Assembly: GCA_048882485.1 (NCBI GenBank)
Contig: JBHLRP010000010.1
Location: forward strand, 1-64,000
Direction of reading: 5' to 3'
Length of the DNA: 64,000 bases
Source of the DNA: Candidatus Thorarchaeota archaeon
GTDB lineage: Archaea > Asgardarchaeota > Thorarchaeia > Thorarchaeales > Thorarchaeaceae
Below the pieces are notes generated by a model, which ran no database searches, had not been told where the DNA came from, and saw nothing but the letters and a program-made list of their open reading frames with translations. The position numbers and the translations under genes were made by a program. Each line of letters starts with the position of its first letter. Position 1 is the stretch's first letter. This document shows positions 19,804-29,060 of this stretch, piece after piece.

Positions 19804-21870
19804 TCATTGCATCACATTATCTTTTACAAACGACTCAAAGTCCTTGATGCATTCATCAGTTATTCTCCCCTCATTTACGCTTGGGTATTGCGAGTAGGCT
19901 GCTAATGCCTTTCCAAGTTGAAGCATGCGAGATGAGCAGCATCCTTCCCCTATACTATCAACTGCAACATCACTGGGGGCTTGCTTTGCTTTGGCTTTTG
20001 AGTCGATTACCTTTCTGCATACAATAAGCGCATTGTGGTTAATGCCATGTGCCCTAACACCGCTGGGTGTTTCGCCATGTGTCGGATACACCGCCTCCAC
20101 AAAGAATCCGGTATTCACAAGAATCTGCAAAATGGCAGACCACGCTTTGAGTCGCTTATGCTGGAAGACGAACACGAGTTTGGCATCATCTTTCATCACT
20201 CTACGGAGTTCACTATACACCCGCATCATAGATTCGATGAAAAAGTTAGAGTCCTTGCCAGTCTTATTGTACACGAGGATCTCGCTTTTACTGCTGCTGG
20301 TTTCTTGACCGAATATCATTGGATATGCGTCATACAATTGCCTACGCAGCCATACATAGAAGAAGTTCGAAAGCTCTGAGTACATGATATTATCGAAATA
20401 GGGTGGATCAGTGACGACAGCATCAATAGCTTTGTCTGGAATGAAGCCTAAGTCTTCTGATGACTGACATTTCAGCAAAGCACTCCTTCGTGACTTCAGC
20501 TCCTGGAAGCTTTCTACAAACTTAGCTCCTATCCTATCCCCTACAATGACTCTCTCCCTATTTCTTGTAGGTTCGCTCTCTCCAGAGTGCCCCTCAGTAA
20601 AACGTATCTCGTAGGGATTTTGCTGAAATCTTAGAGCACGTATTCCTTTGATGATATATCTTCTGAAGCTTCCACGACCAACTTTCGCGCCCCACACGTT
20701 GTTCTCAACTGGAGTAGTGGGCGGAGAAAAGTAGTGTCCGCCGAATAAGGGCTCAAGCTTTGAGGCATGAATGTTATAGATACAAAACATGTTGTTAGCA
20801 TTGAGAGTGTCTGAAAATGTGAGAAGTAGGAATTCTCTAACGGGGTCTTCGCGAACTTCTAGAATCTGTTCGAGAATCATAGAAAGGGCAAGCAACTGGC
20901 GAGAATTGAAGAAATCACAAAATTCCCTGTACACTTTACAACGCGGACGCATTGTAGCCATGTTATTCCACGGAACCTCATCGTCCGGAATCAGTGTACC
21001 CATTACCCTCTCTTTTCGTTGACTGAATTTTCTCTCAGCTTCATCTATCCTCTTGAAGTCTAAATCCTCTGGTGTCTTGTATCCTCTCCCACATTTACCA
21101 CAGTGGAACTCAAGGGCATATGGCCTCTCCCTGGGAGGGCTATCTTCCGACAACCATGCTTCTGTCAAATCCCCTTTTTGGTTGCAATTTGGACATCGGT
21201 AGCTCTTGTTTGTTGCATATGGATCATTCAGGTTCATTCCACAGGGGCATAGAGGTCCATCTGCTGTGATCTCATTGCAGGATGGGCAGAAATAGACTAC
21301 ACTCTTGTTTTTGGGTTTCGCAATGATGAAGGATTTGAAGAGAGGAACTTCGAAGTCACAGGACTGGCATTTTACACTTCTTACCCAGAACGTATACATT
21401 GTGTCTGCTTCATGTCCCTCAGGACAAGTTGTCATGTAGAGGGAAAGAATTTTTGACGCAACAGCATCTCTAATCCGATAGAATTCAGCCTCCAATTGAG
21501 TGACATCAACAGCCTCTAACTCCTTCTTCGTGATGAACCATGCCATTGGATTGATGTCTACGCCAATTGTCCTACATCCAAGGCGATGCCCTTCTACAAT
21601 GGTGGTTCCGCCTCCCATGAATGGGTCTAATATGATTGGTGATTTTCCGCTAGCGTTCTTCAAGACGACTTTTTCGTAGAATCGTGTCATTGGATTCTCG
21701 TCAAGAAAAAGGCCTATGATTATGCTTCTGAAGGTGCTGCCCACTCTTCTCGCGAACCATTTGTGCATATGATAAATAGGCTTCCTCGAGTTGCTCTCAC
21801 TCCACGCAATCTCATCGATTGCCTCACTAGGGAAACCTCTCTCTATATACACCAAACTTCTTTCCCTCAT
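19804..21870 (-). CDS. DUF1156-type adenine-specific DNA methyltransferase with Zn ribbon
   Basis: MHKWFARR, LDPFMGGGT, multiple CxxC, FFNSRQL and VTDPPYFDNIMYSELS motifs. Confidence 0.85.
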   Translation of the reverse strand: MRERSLVYIERGFPSEAIDEIAWSESNSRKPIYHMHKWFARRVGSTFRSIIIGLFLDENPMTRFYEKVVLKNASGKSPIILDPFMGGGTTIVEGHRLGCRTIGVDINPMAWFITKKELEAVDVTQLEAEFYRIRDAVASKILSLYMTTCPEGHEADTMYTFWVRSVKCQSCDFEVPLFKSFIIAKPKNKSVVYFCPSCNEITADGPLCPCGMNLNDPYATNKSYRCPNCNQKGDLTEAWLSEDSPPRERPYALEFHCGKCGRGYKTPEDLDFKRIDEAERKFSQRKERVMGTLIPDDEVPWNNMATMRPRCKVYREFCDFFNSRQLLALSMILEQILEVREDPVREFLLLTFSDTLNANNMFCIYNIHASKLEPLFGGHYFSPPTTPVENNVWGAKVGRGSFRRYIIKGIRALRFQQNPYEIRFTEGHSGESEPTRNRERVIVGDRIGAKFVESFQELKSRRSALLKCQSSEDLGFIPDKAIDAVVTDPPYFDNIMYSELSNFFYVWLRRQLYDAYPMIFGQETSSSKSEILVYNKTGKDSNFFIESMMRVYSELRRVMKDDAKLVFVFQHKRLKAWSAILQILVNTGFFVEAVYPTHGETPSGVRAHGINHNALIVCRKVIDSKAKAKQAPSDVAVDSIGEGCCSSRMLQLGKALAAYSQYPSVNEGRITDECIKDFESFVKDNVMQ

Positions 21871-22325
21871 AGATGCAGAGTCCAGATTACAGCATCATCA
21901 TGTGGATAGAGGTCTGGAACATCTGCAACCTCCTTGAACCCAATAGACTTGTAGAAAGCTCTTCCTGCCTCATTGCCCTTCTCCATGAAGAGGTAGATGA
22001 CTCGCAGCTTATGGTCATGTTTTGAGTAGTGCTTCGATACATCATGGATTAGTGTTTGGACAAGTTCTCTTGCGACACCTTTTCTTCTATAATCAGGGTT
22101 TACTCCAAGTCCAATTAGCTCAACTACACCATCATCAAGGCCACCCCTGACATCCCAGCTTACTGTGCCTACAATATTGCCATCATAAAGACTGAGAATG
22201 GTCTGAAATCTTAATAGGTCAGTAGCAAAGGCTTCAGCGCGGTCTCTATTGTCTTCTACCTCTGAAATGAATAGCTTGACAAGGAGCTGCTTATCAGAAC
22301 TTGCGGCTTTTCTCACTGTTCGCAT
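21867..22325 (-). CDS. GNAT family N-acetyltransferase
   Basis: VNPDYRRKGVA and NEAGRAFYKSIGF motifs. Confidence 0.85.
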   Translation of the reverse strand: MRTVRKAASSDKQLLVKLFISEVEDNRDRAEAFATDLLRFQTILSLYDGNIVGTVSWDVRGGLDDGVVELIGLGVNPDYRRKGVARELVQTLIHDVSKHYSKHDHKLRVIYLFMEKGNEAGRAFYKSIGFKEVADVPDLYPHDDAVIWTLHL

Positions 22326-22374
22326 ATTGCTAATGAAGCAGAGCAGGCAATTGTATCTGCCGGATTGATTGAAA

Positions 22375-23157
22375 CTAGTCGATTAATACAACCGCATCTA
22401 CGAATAGTTCGTACTTCTCATCCTCATCGAGATTATGTACTAGTACTTTCTCCACTTCAAACTCGCCTCGAATCTCCAACAGCCGCGACTCAGTGATTAC
22501 TTTCACACTGGAGTTTTCAAGTTCTTCGCGTAATGCGTCATTGGTGACAACTTCTTTCTCTTGAGTCAACAAGACTACACGATCTGTTTGTGCTGTGAGT
22601 TCAAGAGCTGCCTCAACTGATTCATCACCGCTATGGAGGACTAGCACCCTTTGATTGGTGAAGTCCTCGAGATCACTCACATCAAGATAAACACCCTTGT
22701 CAAGGAATTCATCCTGTCCTATGATCGCGCAAGCCGGCTGCTCATACTTAGGTTCCTTTGCTGCTACCTCATCGGGATTCTCCCTTGCACGGTAGGCTTT
22801 GATAGCTTCATGAAGTGCATCCGCAGCAAGATTTGAGCAGTGCATTTTGATTGGCGGCAGACCATCCAGTTCTTCAGCGACGTCTTCTCTGGTGACTTGC
22901 ATAGCTTCATCGAGTGTCATCCCTATAACCATCTCTGTGGTCATGCTACTTGTGGCAATCGCCGATCCACATCCAAAAGTCCTGAACTTTGCGTCGACTA
23001 TTTTTCCATCCTCGACCTTGATGAAAACTTCCATCAGGTCTCCACAGGTGGGATTTCCTACACGACCGCTCGCTACGTCATCTCCTTCTAATACGCCCAC
23101 ATTTCGTGGATTGCGAAAGTGCTCGAGTACCTTTTCACTGTATTGAGTAGACTTCAT
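22375..23157 (-). CDS. iscU: Fe-S scaffold IscU/NifU fused to a degenerate thioredoxin-reductase NADPH-binding domain
   Basis: YSEKVLEHFRNPRNVG, GNPTCGD, FGCGSAIA and LPPIKMHCSNL motifs, plus a C-terminal Rossmann-like extension. Confidence 0.85.
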   Translation of the reverse strand: MKSTQYSEKVLEHFRNPRNVGVLEGDDVASGRVGNPTCGDLMEVFIKVEDGKIVDAKFRTFGCGSAIATSSMTTEMVIGMTLDEAMQVTREDVAEELDGLPPIKMHCSNLAADALHEAIKAYRARENPDEVAAKEPKYEQPACAIIGQDEFLDKGVYLDVSDLEDFTNQRVLVLHSGDESVEAALELTAQTDRVVLLTQEKEVVTNDALREELENSSVKVITESRLLEIRGEFEVEKVLVHNLDEDEKYELFVDAVVLID

Positions 23158-23163
23158 TCTTCA

Positions 23164-24342
23164 TCACATCGCCTTTGGTTTATATATTGGAGACATTCCT
23201 CGAATTCGATTGAGTATCTCTGGAGTTGCTTCGAGGACCCTTTCAATGTCATCATCAGTGTTGAATCTTCCAGGTGTAAGCTGTAGTGATCCATGTGCTT
23301 CTTCGTGAATAAGCCCAGTTGCAATAAGAGTTGTTGATGGGGCAAGAGTCTTGGAGGTACAGGCAGAGCCCGTCGACACAGCGATTCCTTTGTCCTTGAA
23401 TGATAGGAGTAACGACTCGCCTTCCACGCCATCAAACCTGAAATGGGCATTGCTTGCGAGTCTTTCTGTTGGATGGCCATTGAGATGGCTATCTGGAATC
23501 TCGCTCAGTATTGTACTAATCAAGCGGTCACGATATCCCTGAAGCCGGCTGACTTCGTCTGGCATTTCTGTCTTCATTATTTCGATGGCATGTTTCATCC
23601 CAACGATTCCTGCAACATCCTCAGTCCCTGACCTCAATCCTCTTTCCTGACCGCCTCCAATCAAAATGGGATTGACTCTATATCTCTTCTTCATGAACAG
23701 TACCCCTACTCCTCTGGGGCCATAGAAGTCATTCGATGACAGGGACATGAGGTGAATTCCATCTCTCTTGACATCAATTGGCACCAATCCTTGAGCTGCC
23801 ACCGCGTCTGTGTGAAATGCAATTCCCTTATCCTCAGCCAATTTTCCAATTTCTCGGATTGGCTGAATCGTACCGATCTCATTGCTGGCATATTGAATTG
23901 AGATGAGTAATGTATCATCTCTTATTCTGCGTTCTAGCTTCTTCAATGGCACCCGTCCATACATATCCACAGGCACCTGTGAAACCTCGAAGCCTTGTCG
24001 CTCCAGGTATTTTCCTATATTTCTAACAGAGATATGTTCAACCTCTGAAATGATTATGTGGTTCCCTTTTCTCTTGTTCTTCATGGCGTAGCCTATTAGG
24101 GCCATGTTGTTTGACTCAGTTGCACCAGATGTGAAGATGATCTCATCATAGTCGGCATTGATGTAATCTGCAATAACCCGTCTACTCTCTTCAAGAGCCT
24201 CCGTGGCTACGTCCCCCACATGGTGAAGAGCTGAAGCATTACCAAAGCGCTCATGGAAATAAGGTAGCATGCCCTCAATAACACGCGGATCTACAGGCTT
24301 TGAGCTTTGGTAGTCCAGATACACCTCTCTTACGTCGCCCAC
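23164..24342 (-). CDS. iscS: Cysteine desulfurase IscS/NifS
   Basis: YLDY, FTSGATESNN, HTDAV, GGGQERGLRSGT and STGSACTS motifs. The usual PLP-lysine motif reads SSNDFYGPRG. Confidence 0.85.
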   Translation of the reverse strand: MGDVREVYLDYQSSKPVDPRVIEGMLPYFHERFGNASALHHVGDVATEALEESRRVIADYINADYDEIIFTSGATESNNMALIGYAMKNKRKGNHIIISEVEHISVRNIGKYLERQGFEVSQVPVDMYGRVPLKKLERRIRDDTLLISIQYASNEIGTIQPIREIGKLAEDKGIAFHTDAVAAQGLVPIDVKRDGIHLMSLSSNDFYGPRGVGVLFMKKRYRVNPILIGGGQERGLRSGTEDVAGIVGMKHAIEIMKTEMPDEVSRLQGYRDRLISTILSEIPDSHLNGHPTERLASNAHFRFDGVEGESLLLSFKDKGIAVSTGSACTSKTLAPSTTLIATGLIHEEAHGSLQLTPGRFNTDDDIERVLEATPEILNRIRGMSPIYKPKAM

Positions 24343-24352
24343 TCACTTTCAC

Positions 24353-24706
24353 CTAGAACCACATTGTGGCATCGTGCTCTAGGACCAAGTCATTGAGTGT
24401 TGCCGCACCGACTATGTCGCACCCCTCAACTAGCTCTACCTTCTCCCATCCGAGCATCTGCTTTGAGGCTTCACACACGTAGACCTTTATTCCCATATCC
24501 ATAGTCTTCTTGAGCATTTCAGCGACGCTTGGAAAGCTGCCAACCTGTATCTTCTCAGCTGCCCCCGGCCGGAGTATCCTCAGGCCTTGACCGAGATAGT
24601 ATATCGCTGCTTCGATGTCCATCGCCTTTGCGCTCTGAGCAAGGACAAGAGGTGAATACTGTCTCTCCGGGTCGTCGCTGGTCTGCACGTAAAGTATACT
24701 GCTCAC
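24353..24706 (-). CDS. DsrE/DsrF-like sulfur-relay protein
   Basis: GIKVYVCEAS and IVGAATL motifs; lies in an operon with tusA and iscS. Confidence 0.75.
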   Translation of the reverse strand: MSSILYVQTSDDPERQYSPLVLAQSAKAMDIEAAIYYLGQGLRILRPGAAEKIQVGSFPSVAEMLKKTMDMGIKVYVCEASKQMLGWEKVELVEGCDIVGAATLNDLVLEHDATMWF

Positions 24707-24713
24707 GATTTAA

Positions 24714-24968
24714 TCACTCCTTTCTTCTGATCAGGAATCTTTGCGTACCGTCCTCCAGTCTCTCAAAACTGAGGAGTTCATGCCCAGTTCTCTTACAGAA
24801 TCGTTTGATATCTTCCTCTGCCGCAGGATCATCGGCGAGCAGTTCAAGAACCTCGCCGGCTGCGATACTGTCTATTGCTTCTCTTGTCTGGAAAAGCGGC
24901 TGTGGACAATACAGTCCTATGCAATCAAGGGTTTCAACAGGTTCGTTACTTGACATGGAGGATTTCAC
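24714..24968 (-). CDS. tusA: Sulfurtransferase TusA/SirA
   Basis: LDCIGLYCPQP and LADDPAAEEDI motifs. Confidence 0.9.
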   Translation of the reverse strand: MKSSMSSNEPVETLDCIGLYCPQPLFQTREAIDSIAAGEVLELLADDPAAEEDIKRFCKRTGHELLSFERLEDGTQRFLIRRKE

Positions 24969-25038
24969 CTAACCATCGTTAAGTAAATCATAGTTAATTG
25001 CTTATAACTTCATCGTTGAGAACATCATTTGATTAGAC

Positions 25039-25455
25039 CTATTCCTTACTATGCGCCTTCCTCTTCTCCTCCAGTTCTTCTTGCATTATCTTGCATCTCT
25101 CGTACCAGAGAATTTCGTAGTCACTATGATCAATGACTCGATTCTTCAGGTCTGCAATTGAGGTAATACCCTCCTCTTTGCACCATTCTATGCAAATCTC
25201 ATAGGCTTCCCAATCAAGCTCAAAGGTTTCCCATTCAACCTCGACCTCTTCATATCCTTCCAGCAACCAGGCAACTCCTCGCGTGTGCCCATCTGTTGAC
25301 ACGAGCTCCCCACCTATCTCCTTGATCGGAATTGGCGCATACATGGACAGGTCTCCTAGGTTCCTTCCATTGATGACCGCATCCAGCTTCGCCTTGCTAA
25401 TGTAAAGTTGACTTGGCTGAATCTCGTGAAGGTAGAGCTTGAAAGTTTCTTCCAT
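25039..25455 (-). CDS. Hypothetical protein with ParB/Srx-like motif
   Basis: IQPSQLYIS...PIPI...DGHTR. Confidence 0.6.
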   Translation of the reverse strand: MEETFKLYLHEIQPSQLYISKAKLDAVINGRNLGDLSMYAPIPIKEIGGELVSTDGHTRGVAWLLEGYEEVEVEWETFELDWEAYEICIEWCKEEGITSIADLKNRVIDHSDYEILWYERCKIMQEELEEKRKAHSKE

Positions 25456-25583
25456 GAGCTCGAAAGCAAAAGCGTCACTCTTTAGCGTTTCTCATTAACC
25501 GCATAATTGTCAAAGCCTCAGTGTTAAATCGGGGTTTTCCAGTCAACTGCATAAGATTTGTTGACAGTGAGGTATGAGTCAAG

Positions 25584-26693
25584 ATGCCTAAGACTAGTCG
25601 TGCAGCTGTGATCCCCAAACCAGATGCTCCTGTTGAAATTCAGGAGTTTGAGATTCCTGAGTTGAAACCCGGTGCTGCTTTGCTAAGGGTGGCAAATGCA
25701 GGAGTTTGCGGAACTGATGTTCATTTATGGCACGGCAAACTGGCTGGTGTGCCATACCCCTTGATTCCTGGACACGAAATGGTGGGAACAGTTGAAGCCA
25801 TAGGACCAAAGAAGATCAAGAATGTAGATGGTCATGAGATAAAAGTTGGAGACAGGGTCACAATTCATGATGTGACGAAGACCTGCTACTCCTGTTGGTT
25901 TTGCCTAATTGCTAAGGCTCCCACGAAATGCCCCAATCGGGAGGTGTATGGCATTACAATGGACTCTACCAAATGGCCTCACCTCATTGGAGCCTACAGT
26001 GAGTATGTGTATCTTTCACCAGGAACGCATGTTATTCAAATACCTGATCATGTGAGCTTTGATGGTGCAGGTGCTGTGGGGTGTGCGATGCCAACTGCTG
26101 TTCATACAGTGACTCGTAGCCCCTTGAAGTGGGGTTCAAATGTTGTGATTCAAGGGGCAGGTCCTGTAGGGCTTATGCTCTTATCACTGGCAAAAATCAA
26201 TGGAGCTGCAACAATCACCTCAATCGATATGGAATCTCACCGACTCAAGCTGGCTGAGAAGTTCGGAGCTACTCATACATTGAACATCAGGGAGACCTCT
26301 TTGAAGGAACGGTATGATTTCCTGAGGGACATCACTGATGGACATGGTCCTGACATTGTATATGAAGCAACAGGGAGTGCTTTGGCTGTTCCTGAGGGGA
26401 TTGAGCTCGTGAGGGAGGGTGGAACCTATACGATTTGCGGCCAATACACAGACAGTGGAACCGTAGAAATTAATCCCCATCTTATGAATCGAAAGCATCT
26501 CGATATACGTACGGTCTGGGGTTCAGAAACGACACATGTGTATCAAGCAGTTCGTACTATTGCTGACAATTATGACGAATTTCCGTTCGAGGATGTCGTG
26601 ACACACAAGTTCTCACTAGACAAGACGCAAGAGGCATTAGAAACGCAGGAGCGCCACGAATCAGTCAAGGCGGTCATCACTCCAAATGATTGA
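25584..26693 (+). CDS. Zinc-binding alcohol dehydrogenase (MDR family)
   Basis: GVCGTD, GHE, CxxCxxC-x7-C and GAGPVG motifs. Confidence 0.9.
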   Translation: MPKTSRAAVIPKPDAPVEIQEFEIPELKPGAALLRVANAGVCGTDVHLWHGKLAGVPYPLIPGHEMVGTVEAIGPKKIKNVDGHEIKVGDRVTIHDVTKTCYSCWFCLIAKAPTKCPNREVYGITMDSTKWPHLIGAYSEYVYLSPGTHVIQIPDHVSFDGAGAVGCAMPTAVHTVTRSPLKWGSNVVIQGAGPVGLMLLSLAKINGAATITSIDMESHRLKLAEKFGATHTLNIRETSLKERYDFLRDITDGHGPDIVYEATGSALAVPEGIELVREGGTYTICGQYTDSGTVEINPHLMNRKHLDIRTVWGSETTHVYQAVRTIADNYDEFPFEDVVTHKFSLDKTQEALETQERHESVKAVITPND

Positions 26694-26711
26694 CACATCT
26701 ACTGAGAGGAT

Positions 26712-27899
26712 ATGATCATGAATAACGAATTACAGAAGGAAAAGGTGAACCAAGTAAGTCAAATTCTAAGAGAAGATGACACTGATCTATGGCTTGTGTG
26801 GGTTCGAGAAACTTCCCAAATGGCTGACCCCGTTCTTGAGTTGATATATCCAGGCAGTTTCGTTTGGCAGTCTGCCTTGCTATTCCCATTGAACAAGAAG
26901 CCCATTGCTATAGTCGGTAACTTCGATGCGGATGCCACAAAAGCCACCGGCCTCTTCGGCGGAGTTATTCCCTACACGGAGGGCATCAAGGAGGCTTTCA
27001 TCAAGGAATTAAACCGGCTTGGACCATCAAGAATAGCAATCAATTACAGTAGAAATGATGTTGCCGCAGATGGTCTTTCCCATGGAATGTACCTTATTCT
27101 CCAGGACTATCTCACTGACTCAGACTTCAAGAATCGTCTAGTGAGTGCGGAGAATGTCGTATCAAAGCTGCGCGGACGCAAGACCAAGACCGAGGTTGAG
27201 AGAATAAGAGAAGCAATTCGGATTACAGAATCCATCTTTGAAGAAGCACGGACATTCCTGAAAGCAGGAATGACTGAGATAGAAATCCAGAACAAGTTCC
27301 ATGAAGCGATGAACCGATATGGAGTAGGTTTTGCGTGGGGAAGGGACCATAATCCTGCGGTCGATGCTGGTCCCTACAAGCAATTTGGCCATTTAGGCCC
27401 CACCTCTAATGTTACGAAAGAGGGGCACTTGCTCCACTTTGATTTCGGTGTGAAGTATATGGATTATTGCTCTGACATACAACGGATGTTCTTTTTCGGA
27501 AAACCAGAGGATGTGCCTGAGGAAGTGCAGCATGCCTTTCAAACTGTCAGAGATGCAATTCAAGCTGCAGCTGACTGGATACGGCCGGGTGCTGTGGGAT
27601 ACGAAGTCGACACGATAGCGCGTGAGTTTGCAAAAGATCATGGATATGAGGAATATCAACATGCATTAGGCCACCAAGTTGGAAGGCAAGCTCATGATGG
27701 TGGCACACTACTTGGGCCACGATGGGAACGATACGGTGATACGCCCATGGGTGTAGTTGAAGTGGGGAACGTATTTACGCTTGAACTATACGTCACGACC
27801 GAACATTATGGTCAAATCAGCTTGGAAGAGGACATACTCATCACAAGAAAGGGGTGTGAGTTCCTCTCGCGCCCTCAAAGGGAATTAATCTACATCTAG
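26712..27899 (+). CDS. Xaa-Pro aminopeptidase (M24)
   Basis: DFG..Y..YCSD, HALGHQVG..AHD, TLE and LEED motifs. Confidence 0.9.
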   Translation: MIMNNELQKEKVNQVSQILREDDTDLWLVWVRETSQMADPVLELIYPGSFVWQSALLFPLNKKPIAIVGNFDADATKATGLFGGVIPYTEGIKEAFIKELNRLGPSRIAINYSRNDVAADGLSHGMYLILQDYLTDSDFKNRLVSAENVVSKLRGRKTKTEVERIREAIRITESIFEEARTFLKAGMTEIEIQNKFHEAMNRYGVGFAWGRDHNPAVDAGPYKQFGHLGPTSNVTKEGHLLHFDFGVKYMDYCSDIQRMFFFGKPEDVPEEVQHAFQTVRDAIQAAADWIRPGAVGYEVDTIAREFAKDHGYEEYQHALGHQVGRQAHDGGTLLGPRWERYGDTPMGVVEVGNVFTLELYVTTEHYGQISLEEDILITRKGCEFLSRPQRELIYI

Positions 27900-27922
27900 T
27901 AAAATTCTTCGCAAAAGTTTAT

Positions 27923-28147
27923 GTGACTACCATGGCTATTAGGTATGATTCTAGAAAAGGAATGTTTCCAGGAGGGTTTCCTTTGCCTAATGCTACGAAG
28001 AAGTTGCGAGAGCAGTATCTGAACTCATTCATGATGAGAAAGTGGATATCCGAGAAAATGCCACGTCTCAAGCCAGATCAGATAAAGCATCTCTATATTT
28101 TGGTCAAGCAGTGGACTGGGGAGGACATCGAACTAGAAATTACTTGA
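27923..28147 (+). CDS. Small hypothetical protein
   Basis: 74-aa ORF that fills the gap between the peptidase and larE. Confidence 0.45.
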   Translation: MTTMAIRYDSRKGMFPGGFPLPNATKKLREQYLNSFMMRKWISEKMPRLKPDQIKHLYILVKQWTGEDIELEIT

Positions 28148-28188
28148 TAGATTCCAATCAGCCTATCTAATCGAGGGCATGATAGGCA

Positions 28189-29013
28189 TCAGCTTTCATC
28201 CATAGCCCCAGTCCTGTATCCAAATACGTCAATAGTAACGAAAGTGAAGCCCAGGCCAGTAGCATACTTTTGGAACTCGTCAAGCTTCCTTTCATCAAAT
28301 AGCTTTGAGCGTTCATTTCGTCCAACTTCCACTCGCACCAAATCTCCATGATAGCGAGCGCGAACACTCTTTACACCAAAATGGAGCTTAGCGAAGTTTT
28401 CGATCCCGGCGACCATCTCAAGCTTCTCACTCGTTATCTGGGTCCCATATGGGAATCTCGTGGCTAAACATGCCATGGAAGGACTGTCAGAAACCGAGAG
28501 GCCATTCTCTCGCGCGATTTCACGGACCTCATCCTTTGTCATACCAGCCTCAAGTAATGGTGAGCGAACGCTGGTTTCTCTAAGGGCTCTTTCTCCCGGT
28601 CGATAGCTCTCAACATCACTTGCTGTAGTACCCTCGATGACCGTATCGAGTCCTCGTTTCTCTGCTTCTTGGATCCATCGCTGTGCAAGTTTCTTCTTGC
28701 ATTGATAGCATCGATCTCGTGGGTTTTCTACAAGCTCGCCCTCTGCCAACCAGTTATGCCATTCAATGTCATGCTGCAGCCCAAGCTCAGATGCGACACG
28801 CTTGGCTACTTCAAGTTCTGATTCAGCAAAGGTGACAGTATTCATCGTAAGGAGAACCACTTCATTAGCTATATCTCGTGCTATCAAGGCTAGAGTTGAG
28901 CTGTCAACGCCACCACTAAAAGCTACAAGCACTTTCTTTCCTCTAAGTGACTCTCTCACAATTTCCAGCTTGGAATGATATGACTCTGTCATTTCTAGTC
29001 CTATGTCAGCCAC
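28189..29013 (-). CDS. larE: ATP-dependent sulfur transferase LarE
   Basis: AFSGGVDS PP-loop, RCYQCKK, RPG, SPL and PSMACLATRFPYG motifs. Confidence 0.9.
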   Translation of the reverse strand: MADIGLEMTESYHSKLEIVRESLRGKKVLVAFSGGVDSSTLALIARDIANEVVLLTMNTVTFAESELEVAKRVASELGLQHDIEWHNWLAEGELVENPRDRCYQCKKKLAQRWIQEAEKRGLDTVIEGTTASDVESYRPGERALRETSVRSPLLEAGMTKDEVREIARENGLSVSDSPSMACLATRFPYGTQITSEKLEMVAGIENFAKLHFGVKSVRARYHGDLVRVEVGRNERSKLFDERKLDEFQKYATGLGFTFVTIDVFGYRTGAMDES

Positions 29014-29060
29014 CCTCTCTAGTCTTAAGCGTTGAGAACTAGCATAGAATCATTTAGAGA

